Below, piece by piece: positions 48,651 through 57,459 of a stretch of 64,000 nt of DNA. The DNA is from Myxococcota bacterium (GTDB lineage: Bacteria; Myxococcota_A; UBA9160; SZUA-336), in assembly GCA_965247115.1 (NCBI GenBank), contig CBDFGR010000002.1, positions 1,408,001 through 1,472,000 of the forward strand. The letters run 5' to 3'. Position 1 is the first letter of the stretch. Each line of letters begins with the position of its first letter. Below the pieces are notes generated by a model, which was given only the letters and a program-made list of their open reading frames with translations, ran no database searches and had not been told where the DNA came from. The position numbers and the translations under genes were made by a program.

Positions 48651-50333
48651 CTATCGTCCGGCCGAAAGGTCCCGCCCGCGGAAGAGATTCCGCAGTAGCT
48701 GCAGCTCGTTGCTGCGGAGAAGCTGCAGCACAAGCCCGTAGCCCAGCAGGCCCAGGGCCACGTGGAGAGCGAGGACTGCGAGGGCGGCCAGGGAGGCCTC
48801 CGACCCTACGGGGAGGCTCGCGTCGAGGCCTCGCAGCAGGGCGACCATCGCTCCTGCGGCGACGAGGATCTTCCCCCACCCGAGCAGACTCCCACTTTCG
48901 AGCTGGCTGCCGTAGCGCCGGCGCGCCGAGGCAACCACGTAGGCGCAGTTCGCCGTCGCCGCGATCGTGCTGGCCAGCGCCAGACCCACGAAGCCCAGGT
49001 CGGCCACCACTGCGCTGTGCTGGGCCGCAAGTAGCCAGCTCGGGAGCTGTCCGCCTGGCAACGGGCCGATCAGACACAGGGAGGCTAGCGCGTTCACCAA
49101 CAGGCTCACGAGAGCACCGCGTGCCGCCGTCGCGGTGTTCTCGTGCGCAAAGCAGAGATTCGCGTAGATCCGGGTGAGCGCGATTGGCACCAGGCCGAAG
49201 GCGTAGAAGAACAGGGCGGTGGAGGAGGCCTCGATGGCGGGCCGCCCGAAGACCGAGCTGTCGAGCCCGAAGAGCACCGCGAAGATCGGCTCGGAGAGCA
49301 GCACGAGTCCCGCGGAAGCCGGCAGTGCTAGCGCGAGCAGCGTTCCGAGCGTCGTCGAGAAGGTCCTGCGGAGCCCCTCGCGGTCGCCGGTGGAGATCAG
49401 CCTGGAGAAGGAAGGCAGGCTCGCGGCCCCGAGCGCGAACACGAACACGCCAAGCGGCAGCTCGAGGAGGCGCGACGCGTAGTAGAGATACGAGACCGCC
49501 CCATCGCCGAGAAAGGAGGCGAGAAAGCGCGAGAGGAGCAGGTTGAGCTGGAACACCGAGGCGCCAAGCATGGCCGGAAGCATGAGCTGTCCGAGTCGCC
49601 GCACTGCCGGGTGGCGGATGGCCCAGAGCACACGCGGAGCCATGGCCCGCGCCCGCAATGGGGGCAGCAGCACGAGCACCTGAAGGACCCCCGCCAGCAG
49701 CACGGCCACCGCCAGCCCCTCAATGGGCTGATCCAGCAGCGCGACGCTCAGGAAGGCGGCAGCGATCAAGCACAGGTTCAGCAGGACCGGAGCGAGGGCC
49801 GGGACCAGAAAATGCCCGAGGCTGTTCAGCGCACCCATGGCCACGGAGAGTAGGATCATGGCCAGGATGTAGGGAAAGCAGAGCCTCGTCAGGGTCGCCG
49901 TGAGCTCGCGCTTGCCCTCTGTCAGCTCGAAGCCCGGTGCGAACACGCCCACGAGCGGATCGGCTGCAAGGATGCCGGCGAGCGCGATCGCCACGCCGAC
50001 GGCAAAGGCGAGCGTCCAGATGGTGCTGAAGACGTCGCGCGCCGCTTCTCGAGAGCGCGACAGCCAGCTCGAGAACACCGGGACGAACGAGATCGTGAGC
50101 GACCCCTCCCCGACCAGCCTGCGCAGCAGGTTGGGGAGCATGAAGGCGACGAAGAACGCGTCCGTGGCGGCGGCGGGGAACAGGTTGGCTACCACCACGT
50201 CTCGCACCAGGCCGAGCACGCGGCTCGCCAGGGTCGCCCCACCCACGACTCCGGCCGAGCGGACGATTTCGGCTCCGTCCGTTGACACCTCGGGCGGACC
50301 GGGGTACCTACCGTCCCGCTCGGAGGAACTCAT
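48651..50333 (-). CDS. murJ: Lipid II flippase MurJ (MviN)
   Basis: SRVLGLVRD, DAFFVAFMLPNLLRRL..EG, LYYASRLLELPLG. Start is ATG 50333 or GTG 50288. Confidence 0.93.
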   Translation of the reverse strand: MSSSERDGRYPGPPEVSTDGAEIVRSAGVVGGATLASRVLGLVRDVVVANLFPAAATDAFFVAFMLPNLLRRLVGEGSLTISFVPVFSSWLSRSREAARDVFSTIWTLAFAVGVAIALAGILAADPLVGVFAPGFELTEGKRELTATLTRLCFPYILAMILLSVAMGALNSLGHFLVPALAPVLLNLCLIAAAFLSVALLDQPIEGLAVAVLLAGVLQVLVLLPPLRARAMAPRVLWAIRHPAVRRLGQLMLPAMLGASVFQLNLLLSRFLASFLGDGAVSYLYYASRLLELPLGVFVFALGAASLPSFSRLISTGDREGLRRTFSTTLGTLLALALPASAGLVLLSEPIFAVLFGLDSSVFGRPAIEASSTALFFYAFGLVPIALTRIYANLCFAHENTATAARGALVSLLVNALASLCLIGPLPGGQLPSWLLAAQHSAVVADLGFVGLALASTIAATANCAYVVASARRRYGSQLESGSLLGWGKILVAAGAMVALLRGLDASLPVGSEASLAALAVLALHVALGLLGYGLVLQLLRSNELQLLRNLFRGRDLSAGR

Positions 50334-50592
50334 GGCCCAACACGCTTCCGCCAAGAAGCGCCATCGCCAGTCGCTGAAGCGATCCGCCCGCAACCGGCAT
50401 TATCGGTCAACGGTGCGCTCTGCAGTGCGCAGGGCGCGGCGGGCAGCCGTCGAGAGCTCCGAGGACGCTGTGCGCTACGCCCACGAGGCCGAGCAGCTGC
50501 TGCGCCGGGCCCTGACAAAGGGCTCCATGCACCAGCGAACCGTGTCGCGCACCGTCTCGCGGCTACAGAAGCTGCTGAAGGGCAACGGATAG
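50332..50592 (+). CDS. rpsT: 30S ribosomal protein S20
   Basis: MAQHASAKKRHRQS..R..RN...RS.VR, KG.MH..T.SR.VSRL; SD GGAGGA. Confidence 0.92.
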   Translation: MAQHASAKKRHRQSLKRSARNRHYRSTVRSAVRRARRAAVESSEDAVRYAHEAEQLLRRALTKGSMHQRTVSRTVSRLQKLLKGNG

Positions 50593-50634
50593 CCTCCGCC
50601 AGGCTGGCCTCCCCGGCCAGGCTCACCTCCCCGG

Positions 50635-51621
50635 TCAGGCGCAGACCGCAAGCACCAGACGCTCGATGGCCAGCTGCGCGGGCAGCGGCGTGGCCCCTTT
50701 GAGGGCCTCGTCGGTTCTGCGCACCGCGTCGAGGCACGCGCGCAGGCGCGGCAGATCGAAGCGTCGGGCCTGCTCGACCAGCTTCTTTGCGGCGTAGGGG
50801 TGGACGCCCAGGCGCTGCTGCACCTCGCGCGTCTCCAGCGGACGGCACTCCCGCGCGCGCAGCAGACGCCGGAAGTGGTTCGCAAGCGCCCCCAGCACCA
50901 CGAGGGGCACGTCCCCCTGGTGTATCAGCTGGTTCGTGAGCCTGAGCGAGGCCGCCAGCTGTCGCGCACCGATCGCGTCGGTCAGCTCGTAGAGCGCGCG
51001 CGGTCGCAAATCTCCCGTGACGGCGGCCACGTCCTCGCCTCTGACCTCCCCACGCTCCCCGACGAACAGGCATACCTTGTCGAGCTCCATCGCCAGGCGA
51101 TCCAGGTTTGGACCCACCCTTTCCAGCAGCGTAGAAGCGACACCGCTGCCTGCGCGCTTCCCACGGCTCTTCAGCTGGGCCGCGATCCAGCTGCGCAGCT
51201 CCGCTGGCCGGCTCGGGCCCTTGCACTCGCGCAGCTCCCCCACCTTTGCCACGAGCTTGACCCATTTCTGGCGCCTGTCCACGCGCTCGGCTTCCAGGAC
51301 CAGACACGTTGTGGCCACGGGGCTCTCCAGGTAGTCCGGAAGCGGCCCCTCGAGGAACTTCGTCGCTCTTCTGGCGGCCAGGCCTCGCACCAGCACGAGG
51401 CGACCGGGCGCCATGACTGGGACCGTTCGCGCCGCCACCAGGATCTCGCCCGGGTCTGTGCCAGCGGCCGCCAGATCGAAGCGGTCCTCGTTGAAGTCGG
51501 CCGGGCCGCTCGCAAGCACCCGCTCGCGCAGCTCGAGCAGCGCGGCGTCGCGCAGCATGGCCTCAGGACCCACCAGGAGCGCAACCGGAGGATGGGCCGG
51601 CTCAGTACGCGAAGAGGTCAT
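50635..51621 (-). CDS. holA: DNA polymerase III delta subunit
   Basis: LLVGPE, DFNE, A.T.P.MA..RLV, MELDKV.LF, D..LKG; next to lptE and rpsT. Confidence 0.88.
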   Translation of the reverse strand: MTSSRTEPAHPPVALLVGPEAMLRDAALLELRERVLASGPADFNEDRFDLAAAGTDPGEILVAARTVPVMAPGRLVLVRGLAARRATKFLEGPLPDYLESPVATTCLVLEAERVDRRQKWVKLVAKVGELRECKGPSRPAELRSWIAAQLKSRGKRAGSGVASTLLERVGPNLDRLAMELDKVCLFVGERGEVRGEDVAAVTGDLRPRALYELTDAIGARQLAASLRLTNQLIHQGDVPLVVLGALANHFRRLLRARECRPLETREVQQRLGVHPYAAKKLVEQARRFDLPRLRACLDAVRRTDEALKGATPLPAQLAIERLVLAVCA

Positions 51622-52129
51622 TGTGGATGTCCTCGGCGATCAAAGTAGCGACCCGGAGCATGGCCATCTGCTTGTTGCTCTTGTACACGAGCGGGTCTGC
51701 ACTGGAGAGAAAGTTCTGGCGCGCGGACAGCCCGGAGCCCTGCCAGACGACCTCTCCGGTGTCGACGCGCAGCACCCTCGCGTTGACCGTTACCTCGAGA
51801 GAGTCCTCGACGGAGATCGCCACGGACGAGAACGAGCTGGGGCGCACGTACACCCGCTGAATAGTGCCGCGCAGAACCACCTGGGAGCCGCCGGACTCAC
51901 CAGGCGGAACGGCGCGGAGCCGGCCCCCGCGCATGAACTCCTCCATGAGCGCCTCGCCAAGCACCAGCTCGAGACCCGGCTCGTCGGTCGGGTTCTCGAA
52001 CATGCGGATCTCGAGCTGCCGGACGTCATCGCCGAGCACCAGCGTCCTGCTGACCGGGCGGTAGCCGCAGCCGAGCACGAGCGCAACAGCGAGCACGACA
52101 CCAGCGCGTGTCAGCGACGAGTGGAACAC
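51602..52129 (-). CDS. lptE: LPS assembly lipoprotein LptE family
   Basis: Lipobox LVLG-CGY, F.N.T.EPGLE; upstream of holA. Confidence 0.8.
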   Translation of the reverse strand: MFHSSLTRAGVVLAVALVLGCGYRPVSRTLVLGDDVRQLEIRMFENPTDEPGLELVLGEALMEEFMRGGRLRAVPPGESGGSQVVLRGTIQRVYVRPSSFSSVAISVEDSLEVTVNARVLRVDTGEVVWQGSGLSARQNFLSSADPLVYKSNKQMAMLRVATLIAEDIHNDLFAY

Positions 52130-52130
52130 T

Positions 52131-53486
52131 TCAGAAATACCGCAGCTGGACCATCATCTGTCGTTCGAGTCGCGGAATGGCCGTCTTGAGCGCAAAGATC
52201 ACGACGTGGTCGCCCGCCTCGATCACGTCATCACCAAAGGGGATCCGCACCTCGTCGCCCCGAACGATGGCGCCCACGATCGCGTCCGCGAAATCCGCTT
52301 CTCGGAGCGGTTTGCCGACCAGCTCCGAGGTCTCGAGCGCGATGATCTCCAACGCCTCGGCTCCGGACTCTCCCACGCTTGTGACCGAGACGACCTTGCC
52401 CTTGCGGATGAAGTGGAGGATCGCCGACACCGCAGCGAGGTGCGGGCTGACGACCGCGTCGATCCCGATGTGCGAGACGAGCCCGGCATAGGAGAGCTTG
52501 TTCACCAGCGCCATCACGCGGCCCGCTCCCGAGCGCTTGGCGAGTAGAGAGGCGAGGATGTTGTCTTCCTCGTCGCGCGTCAGCGCGAGGAAGGCGTCCG
52601 TCGTCTCGATGCTCTCCTCTCGCAGCAGCTCCGGATCCGTACCGGAGCCCTGCAGGATGACGCTGCGCTCGAGTCTCTCCGCGAGGTACTTGCAGCGCTG
52701 CGGGTCCGACTCGATGATCTTCGGCACGATGTCTTCGGCTTCGAGCATGCGCGCAAGGTAGTAGCCGATGTTTCCACCGCCGCTGATCACGATACGGCGC
52801 GCCTCGATGTCAGGCTTGCCAAGCAGCTCCGCGAGCCTGCCGAGTGCAGCCGGGCTGCCAGCGACGTACAGCTGATCGCCCAGACGAATCCGCGTCTTCC
52901 CCTCAGGGATGAGCATCTGGCCGTCGCGCAGGATCGCCACGACGTTGCAGTCGATCCCGAGACGCGTCTTGAAGTCGTAGAGCGCGGCGTCCACAACCTC
53001 GCTCTCCGTATCCAGGGCGAACGCGACCACCTGGACGCGCCCCCCGGCGAACTCGAGCACGCGCACCGCGCCCGGGACGCGCAGCGTCTTCAAGACGATC
53101 TGCGCGGCTTCTTCCTCGGGATTGATGTTCAGGTCCAGCGGGTCGTCGCCGAAAATGGCGGGCACCGCCTGCGCCAGGTCCGGATCGCGCACGCGCGCGA
53201 TCTTTGTCGGAATCACCGTCTCGTGCGAGGCCACCATGCACGAGACGATGTTGATCTCGTCCGAGTTCGTGACGGCAATGATCATCTCGGCGTCTTCCAG
53301 GCCGGCCGAGCGCAACACCGAGGGGTTCGAGCCGTTTCCATGCACAACCTGGACGTCGGCGACTTCACGCAGCTGCGGCACGCGCTCGAGGTCGCTCTCG
53401 ATGATGACGACATCCTTGCGCTCTGACGACAGGCGGCGCGCGAGCGTAGCCCCGATATCCCCGCCCCCGATGATCAGGATGCTCAC
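52131..53486 (-). CDS. trkA: Trk system potassium uptake protein TrkA
   Basis: Two RCK-N/RCK-C pairs (IIGGGDIG, ISGGGNIG). The real start is GTG 53486; the ORF-track extension lies in repeat copy C. Confidence 0.93.
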   Translation of the reverse strand: MSILIIGGGDIGATLARRLSSERKDVVIIESDLERVPQLREVADVQVVHGNGSNPSVLRSAGLEDAEMIIAVTNSDEINIVSCMVASHETVIPTKIARVRDPDLAQAVPAIFGDDPLDLNINPEEEAAQIVLKTLRVPGAVRVLEFAGGRVQVVAFALDTESEVVDAALYDFKTRLGIDCNVVAILRDGQMLIPEGKTRIRLGDQLYVAGSPAALGRLAELLGKPDIEARRIVISGGGNIGYYLARMLEAEDIVPKIIESDPQRCKYLAERLERSVILQGSGTDPELLREESIETTDAFLALTRDEEDNILASLLAKRSGAGRVMALVNKLSYAGLVSHIGIDAVVSPHLAAVSAILHFIRKGKVVSVTSVGESGAEALEIIALETSELVGKPLREADFADAIVGAIVRGDEVRIPFGDDVIEAGDHVVIFALKTAIPRLERQMMVQLRYF

Positions 53487-53493
53487 GGGCCGG

Positions 53494-53499
53494 ATTATA
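53494..53499 (-). promoter_or_regulatory. Perfect -10 box 7 nt before the trkA start (leaderless type)
   Basis: Minus strand TATAAT-CCGGCCC-GTG with no SD. Confidence 0.65.
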
Positions 53500-53604
53500 G
53501 CGCGAGTCTTATGGGACCCGGCGCGCGAGCGGTCGCGCGCCACCCACCTTCGCTCAGGGCTATGCCCTTCGCTGCGCGCGCCGCGTACCGCGGCGCTTGC
53601 AAGG
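53500..53604 (-). repeat. Three-hairpin REP-like repeat, copy C
   Basis: Identical 33-bp core; hairpins GCGCCGCG-GTA-CGCGGCGC and AGGGC-ATA-GCCCT upstream of it. Confidence 0.87.
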
Positions 53605-53639
53605 TTGCCGGTGCGTCAGGAAATCAACGCGTGGGTGGA

Positions 53640-53773
53640 GCCGCAAACCGCGCCGTAGGCGCGGTGCGCAGTGAGCCGTAGGCGAACGAAGAGCGGGTGG
53701 CGCGCGACCGCTCGCGCGCCGGGTCCCGCAAGACACGCGCCGGGTCCCGCAAGGCAGGCCCGCAAGGCAGACT
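53640..53773 (+). repeat. Three-hairpin REP-like repeat, copy B (inverted relative to copy C)
   Basis: Colinear with copy A over its whole length, including three downstream CCCGCAAG units. Confidence 0.9.
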
Positions 53774-54810
53774 CAGGCGGATCTGGCGGCGACTCGGCGT
53801 TCGAGCTCTTCGACCAGAAAGTCGCGCATGTTGCGGACTTCTTCCGGGACGCGTTGCTCGAAGAGGTGGCGCGCCTCGCCGAGCTCGGGCTCGAGGTTGG
53901 CGATCGCGTTTCCCTCGCTCACACCCTTCGCGAACTTCTCCTCGTTGTAGAGGATGATGTCGGACACCGCGATGCGGGCGAGGCGCTCGGCGGAGACGAC
54001 CGCCGGGTCGTCGGAGCCGGAGCCCGGCGGCTGCCTTCGCGACTTGCGCGCGGCGGGCTGGGGCAGGTCCGCCTCGGCGTCCGACGGCGCCGCGGGCGCG
54101 GGCTGCGGTGCGGCCTGCGGTGTGGCCTGCGGCGGCGGCAAGGGCTCGGCGGTCGCGGACTCCGCAGCTCTGGGTTGCTGCGGGAGTTCCACAGGCAGCT
54201 TGGCGGTATCGACGTCGCTGGATGGAGCGTGTCCGACGGCGAGGCGGCGAAGCACCGCGGCCAGGCCCTCCCCGACCTCCCCTGGCTCGAGCACCTCGTT
54301 CGCCTCGAACTCCGGCGCACCTGCGGGCTCGTCCATTGGAGCGATGCGGACCAACGGAATGATCCGCAGATCCTCGGCGCGCCGAGCGATCTCGGTGATG
54401 ACGGGAGCCGTCACGCCGGGCAGGTGCCCGCCGAGAATGGCGAGATCGGGGGTCTTGCGAAACAGGCGCAGGAGTGCCTGCCCCCCATCGGCAACCACCT
54501 CCGCCTCGACCCTCCAACGATGGAGAGTGCTTGTGATCCGCTTCGCCACGTCGGCATCGGCCTCCGCAACCAGCGCGCGAGCGACGAACTTGCCCGCGGG
54601 TGGCGCATCCTGCGCAGGCTTTGCGGCGCTAGCCTCCGCGGCCTGCGGCGGCGGCTCTGTTGTCTGGCTGGCTGCGGGCTCGACGGGCTTCGGGGCCTGC
54701 ACGCGGAACACGGTCTTGCACTTGGAGCAGCGAATGCGAACGCCCTGGGGACCGACCTTCTCGCGCGCGAGTCGATAGCGGGTCTTGCACTGCGGGCACA
54801 GGGCGATCAT
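53773..54810 (-). CDS. Zinc-ribbon (MJ0042-type) plus pseudo-receiver domain protein
   Basis: CPQC...RCSKC zinc ribbon, receiver-like segment DGGQAL...PDLAILG, Pro/Ala linker, helical C-terminal domain AERLARIAVSDIILYN. Confidence 0.8.
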   Translation of the reverse strand: MIALCPQCKTRYRLAREKVGPQGVRIRCSKCKTVFRVQAPKPVEPAASQTTEPPPQAAEASAAKPAQDAPPAGKFVARALVAEADADVAKRITSTLHRWRVEAEVVADGGQALLRLFRKTPDLAILGGHLPGVTAPVITEIARRAEDLRIIPLVRIAPMDEPAGAPEFEANEVLEPGEVGEGLAAVLRRLAVGHAPSSDVDTAKLPVELPQQPRAAESATAEPLPPPQATPQAAPQPAPAAPSDAEADLPQPAARKSRRQPPGSGSDDPAVVSAERLARIAVSDIILYNEEKFAKGVSEGNAIANLEPELGEARHLFEQRVPEEVRNMRDFLVEELERRVAARSA

Positions 54811-54847
54811 CGCGCCTCCTGCTGCGCATCGGAGCGAAGCACCGGAG

Positions 54848-54875
54848 TTATCGGTCCGTACAGGGAGCCCCTTTA
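54848..54875 (-). promoter_or_regulatory. Candidate sigma28 (FliA/SigD-type) promoter
   Basis: Minus strand TAAA-N16-ACCGATAA, 37 bp upstream of the zinc-ribbon gene start. Confidence 0.55.
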
Positions 54876-54960
54876 CGCGGCGACATCGGCCCTGTGCTCT
54901 GGCGGCCCCTTCTGTGTAGAGCTGTCGTCCGACGTCGCGCGCCGGAGTAGACAGGTCTGC

Positions 54961-55395
54961 TCAGAGCCGGGCCGCTCCGCGCTCGCGCCCGAGCACATCG
55001 AGCACTCCGTTCACGAACGCAGGTGACGCCTGGCTCGCGAAACGCCTCGCGATCTCGACCGCCTCGTCAATGATCACTTCGGTCGGCGTCTCCTCCAGGA
55101 GCAGCTCATACGCGGCGACGCGGAGGATGTTCCGGTCCACCGTGGCGATGCGGTGGATCTGCCAGTTCGTGCTGGCACGGCCGATGTTCTCGTCGATCTG
55201 CTTCAGGTTCTCGGCCACGCCCCGAGCAAGCTCCTGGGCCCATCGGCGCGCCCGGCTGGGCAGCGAGAACTCTCGCGCGACCTCCTCGAAGCAGGCCACG
55301 ACGCTCTCCGGGTTCACCTCACCGGACAGGTCCGCTGCGAACAGCACCTGGAGCGCGGTCTCGCGTGCCATTCTGCGCGGCCCAGCGCTTCCCAC
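54961..55395 (-). CDS. nusB: Transcription antitermination factor NusB
   Basis: RRMARETALQVLF, VDRNILR, V.IDEAVEIA, FVNGVLD. Confidence 0.94.
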   Translation of the reverse strand: MGSAGPRRMARETALQVLFAADLSGEVNPESVVACFEEVAREFSLPSRARRWAQELARGVAENLKQIDENIGRASTNWQIHRIATVDRNILRVAAYELLLEETPTEVIIDEAVEIARRFASQASPAFVNGVLDVLGRERGAARL

Positions 55396-55397
55396 GC

Positions 55398-55874
55398 TCA
55401 GGGCCCCTTCTCCAGGGCAGCCAGCAAGCTCGTCATCTCGACCGCCACCTCTGCCGCCTCCACACCCTTGTTCACGCCAGGCTCGCCGGGTGCGGCCGCC
55501 CGCGCCAGCGCCTGCTCGACCGTCTCGGCGGTGATCACGCAGAACGCCACCGGGATGGCGTGCTCCATGCCGACCTGTCGAATCCCGTCCGTGACTCCCC
55601 GGCAGACGTAGTCGAAGTGCGGCGTATCGCCTCGCACGATGACAGCGATGGCAATGAGCGCGTCGTAGCGTCCACTACGCGCCGCCTGCTGTGCCCCGAG
55701 CGGCACCTCGAAGGCTCCTGGCACCCACATCACCTCCGCCTCCTCGCAGCCGAGCTCGCGCAGGCGCAGCTCGCAGCCCTCGAGCAGGCGACTCGTGATC
55801 AGGTGATTGAAGCGGGCGACGACCACACCGATGCGCAGGTCCTCACCGGCAAGCTTCGTCTCGATGGTTCGCAT
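55398..55874 (-). CDS. ribH: 6,7-dimethyl-8-ribityllumazine synthase
   Basis: VVARFN, VPGAFEVP, VRGDTPHFDYV, NKGVEAA. Confidence 0.95.
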   Translation of the reverse strand: MRTIETKLAGEDLRIGVVVARFNHLITSRLLEGCELRLRELGCEEAEVMWVPGAFEVPLGAQQAARSGRYDALIAIAVIVRGDTPHFDYVCRGVTDGIRQVGMEHAIPVAFCVITAETVEQALARAAAPGEPGVNKGVEAAEVAVEMTSLLAALEKGP

Positions 55875-55878
55875 CGCC

Positions 55879-56991
55879 CTACCATTCCGCCGTCACGAGA
55901 AGGTCGTCTCCCAGCCTACGGCTGGCAACTGTGCGCGGGTGGAGCGCTTGTTTCAAGCGCTCCACTCCGAGCTCGCCGATCACCGGTAGACCGTCAGAGC
56001 CGATGAGCAGGGGGGCAAGAAAGAGGTGCATCCGGTCGACGAGGCCGGCACGCAGCAGCGCGGCGGCCAGCTCGCCTCCCCCCTCGACGAGCAGGTCGTT
56101 GACGCCGAGCCGCCCGAGCTTCCGCCAGGCGTCCCGCAGGTCGAGTGAGCGCCCCCGCGTGCGCACGTCGACGAGCCGAGCACCCGCTCGCTCGAGCTGC
56201 TTGCGCTTGCGCGGGGCGGCTCGGCTCGCGGTGAGGATCCAGGCGCCTCCCGGCTGTTCGGGATCGAGGAGCCTCGCGCTCGCAGGAGTGCGCAGCCTGG
56301 AGTCGACGACGATTCGGGTCGGGCGATGCAGGACCCGTGCACCGCGCCGCTGCGTGAGCGCGGGATCGTCGGCGACCGCGGTCGCGGAGCCCACTGCGAT
56401 CGCGTCCACCCTTCCACGCAGCTGCTGGACGAACGCGCGGGACCTGGGTCCGCTGATCCAGCGCGACTCACCGCGCGCCGTCGCGATCCGGCCGTCGAAG
56501 CTGGCCGCGAGCTTCAGCGTGGTGAAGGGGCGACCGCGCTCGATGCGCGAAACGAAGCCGGCGTTGAGCCGCCTGCACTCCTCAGCGAGCGTACCCAAGT
56601 CGACCTGCAGGCCCGCCCGCCGCAGCTTGCGGATGCCCTTGCCCGAGGTTCGCGGATCGGGATCCCTCATGCTGACGACGACTCTGCGGACGCCAGACGC
56701 CAGCACCGCATCGACACAGGGAGGTGTACGCCCGGTGTGGGCACAGGGCTCCAGTGTCACGTAGAGCGTGGCGCCCCGCGCGGCCTTTCCGGCTCGTGCG
56801 AGCGCAGTGGCCTCGGCATGCCGACCGCCGGCGCGCGTGTGGTGGCCCCGCGCTACGCGCCGTCCGCCCCGGACAACCACGCTACCCACCAGCGGATTCG
56901 GGGCCGTCCTCCCGCGGGCGCGCGCGGCCAGCCGGAGCGCCTCACCCATGAAGACCCGGTCTGCTTCGCTCGTCGATCCCGTCCTACCCAC
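55879..56991 (-). CDS. ribD: Bifunctional riboflavin deaminase/reductase RibD
   Basis: PNPLVG, HAE, YVTLEPC.H.GRTPPC, K.AASFDG, LLVEGG; start at 56991 or a nearby downstream ATG. Confidence 0.93.
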   Translation of the reverse strand: MGRTGSTSEADRVFMGEALRLAARARGRTAPNPLVGSVVVRGGRRVARGHHTRAGGRHAEATALARAGKAARGATLYVTLEPCAHTGRTPPCVDAVLASGVRRVVVSMRDPDPRTSGKGIRKLRRAGLQVDLGTLAEECRRLNAGFVSRIERGRPFTTLKLAASFDGRIATARGESRWISGPRSRAFVQQLRGRVDAIAVGSATAVADDPALTQRRGARVLHRPTRIVVDSRLRTPASARLLDPEQPGGAWILTASRAAPRKRKQLERAGARLVDVRTRGRSLDLRDAWRKLGRLGVNDLLVEGGGELAAALLRAGLVDRMHLFLAPLLIGSDGLPVIGELGVERLKQALHPRTVASRRLGDDLLVTAEW

Positions 56992-57445
56992 TGTGCGCGG
57001 GGTCGATCTCGTCAAGCGCGTCCCGGAACTCCTCGATCGTGCGGAAGCCGAGGTACACGGAGGAAAAGCGTAGCCAGGCGACTGGATCGAGCGCGCGGAG
57101 CTCGAGCTGCGCCTCGTCCCCGATGCGCGTGCTCGGCACCTCGCGCTCGCCGAGGTCCAGGATGACCCGCTCAACGCGCTGGACTGCATCCTCGACGGCA
57201 TCCGCACTGACCGGTCGCTTCTGACAGGCCTTCTGCAGACCCTGGACGATCTTCAGCCGATCAAAGGCCTCCCTGCGGCCGTCACGCTTCGCGACGAGGG
57301 GCAGCAGATCCTCGATGCGCTCGTAGGTCGTGAAACGCCTACCGCACTCCGAGCACTCGCGACGGCGCCGCTTGACCGGCGCGTCGCGCTGGTTCCTGGC
57401 GTCGATCACCTTGGTGTCGGGGTGATCACAGAACGGGCAACGCAA
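56984..57445 (-). CDS. nrdR: Transcriptional repressor NrdR
   Basis: TTG start; RCPFC...KVID.R...RRREC..C..RFTTYER followed by an ATP cone. Confidence 0.94.
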   Translation of the reverse strand: MRCPFCDHPDTKVIDARNQRDAPVKRRRRECSECGRRFTTYERIEDLLPLVAKRDGRREAFDRLKIVQGLQKACQKRPVSADAVEDAVQRVERVILDLGEREVPSTRIGDEAQLELRALDPVAWLRFSSVYLGFRTIEEFRDALDEIDPAHSG

Positions 57446-57459
57446 GTCCCTCGGCTCCT

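Noticed and set aside
50593..50640. Three imperfect 16-18 bp units (CCTCCCCGGCCAGGCT-like) between the convergent rpsT and holA genes
   Set aside because: Short, degenerate and GC-rich, unrelated to the hairpin repeat; most likely a local slippage duplication.
53487..53543. N-terminal extension of TrkA (MARDRSRAGSHK...) in the ORF track
   Set aside because: It derives from repeat copy C. A perfect -10 box and the Rossmann motif point to the GTG at 53486.
53500..53773. Possible CRISPR array
   Set aside because: The repeats are inverted or dispersed rather than regularly spaced direct repeats with unique spacers, and no cas genes are present.
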